A stretch of 64,000 nt of DNA from the human T2T-CHM13v2.0 reference genome, Homo sapiens, in NCBI RefSeq assembly GCF_009914755.1, contig NC_060934.1, one strand, 5' to 3'. Shown one piece after another: positions 53,401-64,000 of this stretch. Position 1 is the first letter of the stretch. Each line of letters opens with the position of its first letter. Both the position numbers and the translations under genes were made by a program. The notes under the pieces are model-generated. The model saw only the letters and a list, made by a program, of their open reading frames with translations. It was not told the DNA's origin and searched no databases.

Positions 53401-55198
53401 CTTCAAAATGGGAACAGAGGGGAAAATTGGAAAACACTGTCAACGGCATAAGAGGTATTTGGGATATGGAAAAAAAGTCTAACATATGGTAAATGGGAAG
53501 ATTAGGATAAAAGCATCATTTGAAGAGATGTTAGTTGAGAATTTTCTACTTCTGACAGAAGAATGTCAAGATGTTCTATGAACCCACAAAAAGGATAAAT
53601 ACAAAAACCACTTCACGTAAAAACTGCTAAAAATCAAAGACAGAAAGAAAAATGTTAGAGGAAAATGGACGGCTGGCTTCACAAAAGAAATGAAAAAGTC
53701 AAAAGACAGTGGAAAGAAATCTTGAAGATGCTGGAAGTAAATAATTGCTAAGTTAGGAATTATATGCTCATTGAAATATCCTTTGAAAAATAACACATAA
53801 GCTTCAAAAAATTCGAATGTTCATTTCCAGTAGACTCACACCAAAAGAAATGGTAAAGCAAATTATTCAGGCACAAGGCAAAGGTAGGAATAAACAAAGC
53901 ACATCAGAAAGAAGAAATGTGGAGGCAAATCTGAAGGAATAATGATTGCTTAAAACAATAATAATAATATGTGGAGAGTTTGAAGTATATATAGAATTAA
54001 AATGCAAAACAACAACAGTATAAAAGAGAAGAGGGGAATAAATGTAGTTAAATGTAGTTGCACCATTGGAGAAATGGAAAAAGAACTAAACTGAGGTCGA
54101 CTCTAAGAAGTCAAAAATGTACAAGTTTCCCAGACTGAGGTGGGCCCATAGAAGGTGAAAATTAAAGAATAAATGGTAATTAAATTGGCTGATGTCAGAA
54201 GAGAGAGAAATAGAAGAAACGAATGAATACCAAAGAATAAGAGGTCAAATAAAATCTCTTCATACCAAAGGTTACATTAAATGTAAATGGAATAAATATG
54301 CTAATTAGAAGACTAATATTTTCTTTTAAATAAATTGTTAAAGCCTAACTATAGGCTGCTTACATATATGCTAGATGATACGTGTTTTGATTACAAGAAC
54401 AAAATTGAATTGTAAGTAAAACAATGAAAATAAGTAAAAGAGAGATCCTATGCAAACACCAGCCCAAAGAAGACTAATAAGCCTATATTAATATAGACTT
54501 TAAGACAAAATGCATTACTAGAAATACAGAGAGCTAGTCCATAATGATAAAACGGACAGCTCAGCAGTAGGATAAAACAATCCTAAATTTGTTTCATCTA
54601 ATAAAATGTCCTCAAAATATATAATACAAACCAAAAAGAAATAAAAGTAAAGCCACAGAGATCCACAAATTTAAATGGGGATGTTAACACACCCCTTTCA
54701 GTGGAAGGTAGGCAAAGCAGAAAAAAGAAAATCAGTAAGTTTATAGAGGATTTGAAAGTCACAATGAACAGATCTGACTTATTTAACATGTAGAACACTG
54801 TACCCAACAATTGCTGGATATATATTCTTTGCAAGAGCACATAAAACATTTTTTAAAGTAGACTATATGGTGGATTATAAAATAAGTCTCAACAAATTTC
54901 AGAGGACTGGAATCATACATAATATAATCTATGACCAGAGTAGAATTGAGCTAGAAATCAATAACAGAAGGTTAGTAAGAAATTATTTTGTAATTATTTG
55001 GAAATTAAGAAAAGAAATTTTTAATAAAAGCATGGTAAAAAAGAAATTATAATGAAAATTAGAAAATATTTTGAACTAAATAATAATATATATATAATAT
55101 ATACCAAAATTTGCAAATAAAGTTAGTGCCTAGACAGAAATGTGTAGCCTTACATGCACATGCTAGAAACAAAAACTCTAAAAAATGATAATCCAAGC

Positions 55199-56740
55199 CA
55201 AAAGTATTTAAATGTTTTGGTCTCAAAATCTCTTTGTAGTCTTAAAAGTTAGTAAAGTTTACAAAGAACCTTTGTTTATGTGGCTAATATCCATTTTTAT
55301 TTACCACATTCTAAGTTAAACCTGAGAAATTTTTAAATTTTTATTAATTTATCTTAAAATAATAATAATAAATCCAGAACATCTTAATGTAAATAATCTT
55401 ATGTTAAGAAAAATGTATTCTAAAGCAGACTATTTAGTGCCTTGGCATTGGGTAGCATTGTCTTACATTTTTGAAAATTTCTAAAATATCTGGCTTAATG
55501 GAAGACAGCTGAATTCTCATATTTGCAGCTATATTCAATCTATTGTTACATTTTATTTTGGTTAAAGTATATAAAGAAAATCTAGCTTCATACAGATATC
55601 TAGTTGGAAAAAGGAGAAGTATTTTAATGTCTTTGTCAAATAATTGTGTATGGTCTTCTTTGATACTACACCAAAATTTGGCAGGCATAGTTTCTAAAGG
55701 CTAATTGCAATGTGAATCTGAATCCATATAAATACAGCTTTTGCATGCTGTTACATTAAAACCTATTGGTCTGTTTTGCACATTAAATGGATAGTTCACC
55801 CATGCATCATTTTGTAACATAATGCAATGGTTATTTGGAAAATATTGGCTAAGTGAGTTGTGCACATCTTGTAAATGTTTATATGTGCCTTCATACAATT
55901 ATTTTAAAATTATATTCATTAATATCTCTACCTATCTCATCATAAAAGTCTTAAAGTACTGAGAAACTGTTGAGTTAATAGTGGGAACAACCTTCCCAGT
56001 TTTCCTGGGACTATTATAACTTTAGCACTGAAACTTCTGCGACCCGGAAAATCCCATGGTCTCAGGCAAACCAGCATGGTGGACTGACAGTTGGTAGATG
56101 CACATTTTCCATAATTTGTAATTTTGCTTAAATCGTTGAATTTTATCATTAGCAATAAATGCTTTTGGAGGTTTTTTTGAAATGACAGACTCATTTGATT
56201 CTTCTTTTGAAAAAACATCTGTCAGATACCCAAGTTAGAATAACTATAACTTGTCTATTATTTGTGTTTTTTTTTTCAAGTAAAAATAGAAGTCCATGAA
56301 CAAAGTGGCAAGTTCACTTTGCCTCTCAAACCACTACAAAACTACTTTACTTTGAGGCAATCACTAGGCTTCAGTGTGCGGCCAAAACACTATGCATACT
56401 TCCCATTGTGCCATACAGAATATTAAAATTAATAATTTTTGGCTGCTCATCAGATATATTTTTAACTGAAACTAGGATTTTGTTTGCAAGTAAGTGGCAT
56501 TAAAGCATAAAGTGACTCCCAGTACATGGCGGTTGTCACTATGCTAATTCAACCTCAGGCACCAACAGTTTTATTCACCATTATTTCTGCATCATCAGTG
56601 CACAAGAAAACACAGTAGAAAGGGTAATAAATACGTAATATTGTCTTAATGTTATTATAAATATATTGCTGATCTCACAGAGCTCCTAAAATTATCCTGA
56701 AGATCCCCAGAGTTCCCAGAAGACACTTTGGGATCTGGCG
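55199..56740 (-). mobile_element. Charlie1-family hAT DNA transposon (internally deleted, Charlie1a-like)
   Basis: Minus ORF 55434-55688 (FWCSIKE...LLFPTRYLYEARFS...NRLN...MRIQLSSIKPDI) matches the hAT C-terminal dimerisation domain; 8-bp TSD atccaagc / atctaagt. Confidence 0.85.
55979..56090. mobile_element. MER81/MER94-like hAT MITE inside Charlie1
   Basis: aacaaccttcccagttttcctgggact...tttagcactgaaa...gtctcaggcaaaccagcatgg. Confidence 0.6.
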
Positions 56741-58457
56741 ATCTAAGTACCCGTATCACGAGCCTAAAAACGACAGGTAAAGTGAGCCCAAAGAAATGAA
56801 AAGTATAAGAGAAACTAACCATTCGATATATGGATTTAACAACATATTATAAACAGCAGCAGAAAAAAGAATAAAGGTAAGAGCAGAAACCAGTAAAATA
56901 TAAAGCAAATATAGCAGAAAATAAACAAACACAGCCTGAAGTTGGCTTTTTGAGAAGTCCAACAAATTATATAAATGGATATAGTGAGACTAGTGGAGAA
57001 AAAGAGAAACAATAATAACACCAACAGCAGAAACAAAAAAGGACCCATCAATAGAGATATTCAGACATTAAAAAGATAAGTAATAACATGGGATTTTGAA
57101 CAACTTTATGTCAATACATTCGGAGAATTTAGGTGGAATGGGCAAATTTATTGAAACATACCAGACTCAGGAAGAAATAGGAAGTCTGAAAAGTTAAATG
57201 TCTATTAAAGAAATTAAATCTATTGTTCAAAGACACTTCAAAGGAAAAAAAATCAACGTCCACATGGCTTCACTGGTGAATTGTTCTAAATGTTGAAGAA
57301 AGAAATGACATGAATCTTGCACACCTTGTTAAGGCTAGCAGAAGAGAAACAACTCTTCCAATACATTTTTTGAAGCCAATATAATCTTGACACCAAAATG
57401 TGACAAGGACATTAATGAACAAGAAAACTATAGGCTTATATCTCTAATTAACATAGATACAAATATCCCAAATAAAATATCAACAAACCAAATCCAGTGA
57501 TAAAGAAAAGGTGGGTGTATCACAGCTCCACAGTGTTAATTTTAGGTTCAAGTTTGGTATAAATTTGAAAATTAGTCAGTATAATTGACCACATTGATAG
57601 TAGAAAGGAAAAACCCTGAAAGCATTGTAGCAGAAGCAGAAAATGACTTTAATAAAATTCAGCATTCATTCATGACAAAAATTTAGCAAATTAGCACTAG
57701 GAAGAACCTTTCTTAATTTGACAAAGCACGCACATACACACCAGCAAAGATTACATTTACTGATGAAATACTGAAACATGCCCCCTGAAATTGGGAAAGA
57801 AGACAAAAGTGTCTGCTAGTATCACTATAATCACAACACTGTACTAGACATGCTAAGTATTGTAATAAGACAAGAAAAATAAAGGTTTAAGTGTTAAAAG
57901 GGAAAAACTGAAACTTATTACTTTTAGTTGACGTGATTATGTATGTGGAAAATATTACAGATAAATTATTAGACTTAATAAGTAAATTTATCAAAGTATC
58001 TGGATTGAAGGTTAACATACAAAAATCAAAATTGCATTTCTATATACTAGAATCAAACAAGAGAAAATGATTTTTTCACAGATATTAATTATAGTATAGC
58101 ATGAAAAATTATTTATCAAGGAATTAATCTTCTGAAAGATGTACAACCTCTGCACAGAAAACAGCAAAACATCACTGAGAGAAATGATAGGGGCCTGAAA
58201 TGAGTGAAGGTCTATCCTGGGCACATTGATTAACCAACTCAATAGTGTAATTATGTCAGGTCTCTAGAGCCTCAATAAAATCTGTCTTAGAATCCTAGGA
58301 GGATTTGTGTGTGTGAGATTAACAAACTGGTCTTAAATTGATGTGATAATGCAAATGGCCCTCTTGAAAATTAGATTTATTATACTTAAATAGGATAAGG
58401 AATTAATAACTAAAACTCATGATGCAAGGGTAAAGAATCAACAAACACAAACGTATA

Positions 58458-59277
58458 CAGTTATACATGCAGTCGTGGCAATGTTTTGGTGGAAGACAGA
58501 CCACGTATACAAGGGCAGTCCCATATATTATAATGGAGCTGAAAAATTCCTGTTATCTAGTGACTTCCTGATGATCTTGACCCTGTGTAGGCCTAGGTTA
58601 ATGTGTATGTTTTTGTCTTCATTTTTAACAAAATTTTTTTTTAATTCAGTAAAAACGTTGAAAATAGAAAAAGGGTTATAGAATAAGAATAGAAAGAAAG
58701 AAAATATTTTTGTACAGCTGTACAATGTGTGTTTTGAGGTAAGTGTTGTTACAAGACTCAAAAAGTTAAAAAAGTTAAGTTTATAAAGTAAAAATAATTA
58801 TGGTATGCTAGTTAATTATTTATTAATTTATTATTAAACAAGAAATTTTTAATAAATTTAGTGTGGCCTGAGTGTTCAGTGTTTATGGAGCCTCCAGTAG
58901 TGTACAGTCATGTCCTAGGCCTTCACATTCACTCACCACTCACACACTGACTCACCCAGAGCAAGTTCCAGTTCTGCAAGCTCCATTCATACAAGCATAC
59001 CATTTTTTATCTTTTATCTTTTATTTTTACTGTACCTTTCCAATATTTCGATGCACCAATAATCAGCACTGTGTTACAGTTGCCTAGAGTATACAGTACA
59101 GTATCATGCTGTATAGATTTGTAGCCTCGGAACAACAGGCTAAACCACATGGCCTAGGTGTGTAGTGGGCTATACCATCTAGGTTTGTGCAAGCACACTC
59201 TCTGACTTTCACACAATGAAATCACGTAAAGATGCATTTTTCAGAATGTATCCCCATTTTTAAGCAACACATGACTG
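58458..59277 (+). mobile_element. Tigger3 (Golem)-family TcMar element
   Basis: gtcccatatattataatggagctgaaaaattcct at the left end; gatgcatttttcagaatgtatcccc...catgactg followed by TA at the right end. Confidence 0.85.
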
Positions 59278-59814
59278 TATATGTATAAACGTGTATGTGT
59301 GCATGGATGTGTATACGCATGTGTGTATGACCTTTAAACCTAATACATCACCAAATGCCTCTGGTAGCCAGTGGGGTAATGATAGCCTTTTCAAAAAATG
59401 GTGCTCTAGAGACTCGATATCCATGAGCAAAAAAATGAACCTGACACTTATCTTCCACCATACACAAAACTCATTGCCAGATGAATCATAGACCTAAATG
59501 TAAATGGCAAATCAATAATAGCTTTTAGAAGGTAATATGGGAGGATATCATTGTGACCTTTGCGTAGGCAAAAATTTCTTACATAGAAAACAAAAAGCAT
59601 TAATCATAAAGGAAAATATGATTCATTGAACTTAATTCAATACAAAAATTTATATTTACTAAAAGATATCATTAAGAGAATAAAAGAAAGCACAGTGTGG
59701 GAGAAAATATTTTCCATACATGTGTACAATAATTAACTCAGATCCTGGATATAAAGGGAACTCCTACACTTAAATAAGAAATAGACAACTCAGTTTTCTA
59801 CAAATAATCAAAAG

Positions 59815-60877
59815 TATAACCTATAAAAGGAAAATTGATAAATTTAGACTTCATCAAAATTAAAAACATTTATTCTGTGAAAAATCCTGGTAAGAGAATG
59901 AAAAAATAAGCTATAGTGGGAGAAAATATTTGCAAACTATACATCTGACCAATGAATAGTATCTAGAATATATAAAAACTCAACAGCAATAAAACCAACA
60001 ATCCAACTGGGAAATGGGAAAAAGACATGATGAAACCTTTCACCAAAGAAGCTATACAGATGGCCGATAAGCGCGAGAGCAAAATGTTTAATGTCATTTG
60101 TTATTAGGAAAATGCAAATTAAAACCACAACAAGATATCCCTACACACCTACCAGAATGACTACAATCAAATACGGGGACAGCCCCAAATGCTGATGAGG
60201 ATGCAAGGAAACAGTATTATGCATCCATCGCTGGTGGGAATGTGAAATGATATAGCTACTCCAAAAAACAGCTTAGCAGCTTTTTTATGATGAAACATGC
60301 AACTATCACATCACCCAGCAGTTGAATTCTTGATCATCATCCTAGAGAAATGAAAACGTAGGTTCACATGGAAACCTGTAGATGAGTGTTCATAGCTAAA
60401 ATCTGGAAACCACTTGGATTTTCTTCAACATGTCTAGACCAACTGTGTACAACCACGTCATGGAACACTACACAACGATGAAAGGAGCAAACTATTGATA
60501 CCACAACCTGGATGAAACTCGAAGGAATTGGGCTGAGTCAAAAAAGTCAATCTCAAAAGATTACACCCTGGAGGATTCCATGTATATAACATTTCAGAAA
60601 TGACAACGTTATAGAAATGGAGTCATTGTTACCAGGGATTAGAAACAGGGTGGGAGGTGCGGCTACAAAAGGACAGCATGTGAAACTCTTGGGGTGGTGG
60701 AAATTCTTTGTGTCTTGATTGTATTAAAATCAACACCCTGCTTGTAATATTGTACCTTAGTTTTGGAAGATATTGCCATTGTGGGAAACTGGGTCAAGGG
60801 TATACAGAATCTCTCCAAATTATTTCTTTCAATTGTTTTCAATCTACAATTACCACATTTTAAAATTTAGTTTAAAG
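59815..60877 (+). mobile_element. Second L1 3' fragment (L1MC-like) nested in the older L1
   Basis: ORF2-end motifs occur twice (59580-59790 and 59830-60000); L1MC-type 3' UTR gggaaactgggtcaagggtatacagaatctctc...aatctacaatta. Confidence 0.65.
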
Positions 60878-62885
60878 GTAACTATGAACACCAATTTAAA
60901 AAAACCCCAAAAAACAAAAAAGAGCTGATATTCACTTTATTAAGTAGTTTAAACAAATGGATAATTAGCATATTGAATGTGTTCAACCTAATTAGTCATC
61001 AGAGATTTGTAATTTAAAACTACAAACATACCACTACTTATTCACCAGAATGAAAGGGGGAAAAAAATGACAATTCCAAGTGTTAGCAAGATGTAGAGTA
61101 ACCAGAACTCATACCCACTGCTGATGAGGGATGCAGCCACTTGGAAATCTACTTGACAGTGTCTGATAACAAAGAACATTCATATAGTCTATGACCCAGC
61201 AATTTCACCTCCAGATATATGCCCAATAAAAATGCATATTACTCACCAGGGGACATGCACAAGAATGTTCTTGGCAGTACTATTTGTAATAGCCAAGAGC
61301 TGGGTGAAAACTCCACAAATGTCCATCAACAGCAGGATACATAAATGTGTTCTGATTCTCTCATGCAGTAGAATATTAGACAACAATGAAAAAGAATGGA
61401 TTGCTGCTACATAAAACAACGTGGATGAATCTTGCAGAAATCATGTGGAAATAGAGAAGCCAGATGCCAAAGACAAAGGAGTAGAGAATGCATCATTTCA
61501 TTCACATAACGTTTTGAAACAGGCAAAACTTATCTATGAGGATAGAAGTCAGAACAGTCGTCCTTTAGCAAGGTAGTGACTACAATGAGCATGAAGCAGG
61601 CTTCTGTTGGCTCAACAAGGAGAAATGCAATGACATTAAATGTTGTTAGCACCAGAATGGGTGGAGCTCTTGTTAAGGACATCAGAAAATTATCCCACCT
61701 ATTCAGGGTTGAAGGAGAGAGGTGATGAAGAATATAGAAAGCAGAAGAAACTCATGATGAAGGATGCACCATATCACAGCTGTTGATACAAACACAGAAA
61801 CCTCAGTGATGGTCTCATCCTCATTAAAGTTTTGGAGGAAAACATGGTATTGCCTAAGGATCTGTGATTCTTTGGTCCTGAGAAGAGAAAGCCAGGGGTT
61901 CATGTAATAGCGTATGGGAAATGTGAGTGAGTACATTTATCAAAGACAATTACAACATATGATTAGCTCTAGAGAAGGGAAGAAATGTCTTGGCGATAGG
62001 ATACTGCTAGGAGGTGACTTGTCTCCGGTTTAGTAAGGAAAACCCCCACTTGTATCTAAATTATAAAGAACATTGCTTTTCATGCTGCAAATAGAGAGCT
62101 CACAAAAAAATCAGGGCTCCAAATAGAACACACTGCTCCACCTTCATGACAAGACGCGCACTGGTTTAGGAGTGATTTATCTACCTTTCCCAGTATCTGT
62201 AGAGTTATTAGCATTCCTCTTTTATATATAACTTAAGGGGGTATGAAATTGAAAAATCTATGAATTCACTTTTTTTAAATGCCAATTTTAAAATGCCACA
62301 AAAATTATTTTTCCAGCTTCTTACTGACTTGATCCTCAAAACCATCCTGCCTGTCTGGGGGCAATCTGAGTGTTCCGTGAGTGAGCAAACAGGGTACAGG
62401 TGGAACCTTAGACCCATGGCTCACAAAGGCTTGCACACACACATCCGTCTATGAGTGCCCAGGCAGTGCCAACAGCAGCCAAGGCAGGACGGGGCTGGGG
62501 GATTTTAGCAGAGTGGAACCATCCTTCCTGGCTCAGATTTGAGTTGGGGGAAATCCCATGTTCTTTCTTTTTCCTTTTGGGTACAGAACCTTGTATGTTT
62601 CCCTGCTTTCCGAGTGTCCCTGATACTGTAGTGATATCTAAATGAAATCCATGCCTAAAATGATTAGCCTCTGAAGCCAGATTCCTACTGCTCAAAGAGG
62701 TGGAGATAGAGACCACGCTCCCCAGTCACTGCTGCTCATTGCTATTTGCTGAACTTATAGGCAGCAAATATTCATTTCAGATGTGGCCAAAAAGGTTTGT
62801 CTACCAAATATATAGCTATGTTATTTTCTCCATGAATAAAAGATTTTAGGAAAGGAAAAATGTGATGAAACTAAAACGTCCTTAC

Positions 62886-62902
62886 CTGAGGATCTCTAAA
62901 AC
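62886..62902 (-). other. Candidate 17-nt micro-exon
   Basis: Minus strand ctcctttcttcattgttttcag|GTTTTAGAGATCCTCAG|gtaagg: near-consensus acceptor and donor. Confidence 0.35.
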
Positions 62903-62920
62903 CTGAAAACAATGAAGAAA

Positions 62921-63041
62921 GGAGTTTATTCACCAATGAGAGGCCTCTGTTTGGGGAGTTTATTCACTAATGAGAGGCCTCTGTTTGAGGAGTTTATTCA
63001 CCAGTGAGAGGCCTCTGTTTGGGGAGTTTTTTCACCTATGA
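62921..63041. repeat. 34-bp minisatellite, about 3.6 copies
   Basis: ggagtttattcaccaatgagaggcctctgtttgg at 62921, 62955 and 62989, partial at 63023. Confidence 0.95.
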
Positions 63042-63844
63042 GATGGCTGCCAGGGGTCTCGGGTAGGGAGCAGTCCCAGGGGAGGCACTGACTCCAATCC
63101 CACGAAGCTCAAGGACACGTGCGTCTTAAGGACTCCATGTCGTCATCAGATGTGGAGCGGCATTGGGACTGGAGTGAGGGTGGGCAGGTGCCATCAGCAC
63201 CCACGAGTCCATACTTGAACTGCCCTTTGTTCTAAGGGGTTTATTTCACCCATAATAGACTGTGTTGACTTCAAAGCAGCCCTCACACTTGTGGGGTGAT
63301 AGGCCAGGAGAACAGAGCTCATTAACAATTGTCCTTTTCAAATGGAAATTGTTCTGCCTTTATGCAGGGTGACTGGAGAGCCCCTCATAGAATTAATGCT
63401 TTCTCTTTTCTCTCTGTGATTCTTTGGGTCCTTGTATGATTCTGAATGGAGATGGGAAAAGGGAGAGAGAGCAAATTAAAGAAATATTCATAACACTTTT
63501 CTCCTAGCACAAGCTCAGTGGGTCAACCAAGATACTCAGAGACCATCCAGTCTCAAAGAATTGAGTTCCCTCACCAGTGCCCCCCAAATAATAATATAAG
63601 ACAACCACGTCTTTGCATGTCAAGCATTTAACCATTTGCTGCAGGGTCCATACACACATACACACAGTGGACTGAGTTGAGCAACAGCCACATCTTTTCA
63701 TAAAGAGGAACCACTGGGCCTGAGCTACTCTGTGGCCTCTTACACAATCACTTGGAAGACCATATGCTCCCCATGCTGGAAGCAATGTTTAAAAACCCAA
63801 GCCCAGCTACTCTGGAATCCCAGGGACTTTGAGGAAGGGGAGCT

Positions 63845-63942
63845 CCTGAGCAAGGGCAAGGCTGGGTGATATTCCTAGAGATGCAGTTTGATTCCTGAGG
63901 GAGGGCAAGTCCTGGTGGTGTTCCTAGAGATGCAATTTGATT
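63845..63942. repeat. 49-bp tandem duplication (2 copies)
   Basis: cctgag..agggcaag...ttcctagagatgca(g/a)tttgatt at 63845 and 63894. Confidence 0.85.
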
Positions 63943-64000
63943 TGATCAAGGACTAGGTCAAACCACAGCTCTAGGCGTGGCCTCCAGGGGTTTGTCTCCC

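Larger units (their letters stand above)
52300..61610 (+). mobile_element. Ancient near full-length L1M (5' region, ORF1 and ORF2 relics, 3' end) with nested insertions
   Basis: ORF 54867-55052 (DYKISLNKFQRTGIIHNIIYDQSRIELEINNRR...WKL) resembles the end of the L1 endonuclease; ORF 61232-61414 (TCTRMFLAVLFVIAKSW) resembles the ORF2 C-terminus; strong A skew. Confidence 0.85.

Noticed and set aside
62921-63041. 34-bp repeats with an internal palindrome as a CRISPR array
   Set aside because: Head-to-tail units with no spacers: a minisatellite

Overview
Primate, most likely human, non-coding genomic DNA: it carries AluY/AluS/FLAM, L1PA, LTR12 and THE1 elements. I cannot support any protein-coding gene, RNA gene or CRISPR array, and I cannot name the locus. 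The supplied ORFs are explained by chance, simple repeats or transposon relics; the only recognisable protein homology is a decayed hAT (Charlie) transposase C-terminus and L1 ORF2 remnants. The window has three zones. (1) About 1-21 kb is almost transposon-free (nothing recognisable in the first ~10.8 kb), rich in TAAT/TGACA/TGATNNAT motifs and retained CpGs, resembling the enhancer landscape of a developmental regulator. (2) About 21-52 kb is mixed unique and repeat sequence, with an intact 1.9-kb solo LTR12C (ERV9) pointing leftwards, THE1B, MLT1 LTRs, nested insertions, two local duplications and TG-rich arrays. (3) About 52-62 kb is an old L1 with nested Charlie1, MER81, Tigger3 and L1MC insertions. 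The best leads are the LTR12C promoter with a variant polyA signal, a well-signalled 17-nt minus-strand micro-exon candidate whose branch point lies in a 34-bp minisatellite, a diverged 112-bp paralogous pair 5.9 kb apart, and a CCAAT/AP-1 cluster at 15 kb. I see no evidence for a genuinely new biological system. Repeat subfamily names come from recalled consensus sequences and need RepeatMasker/Dfam confirmation.
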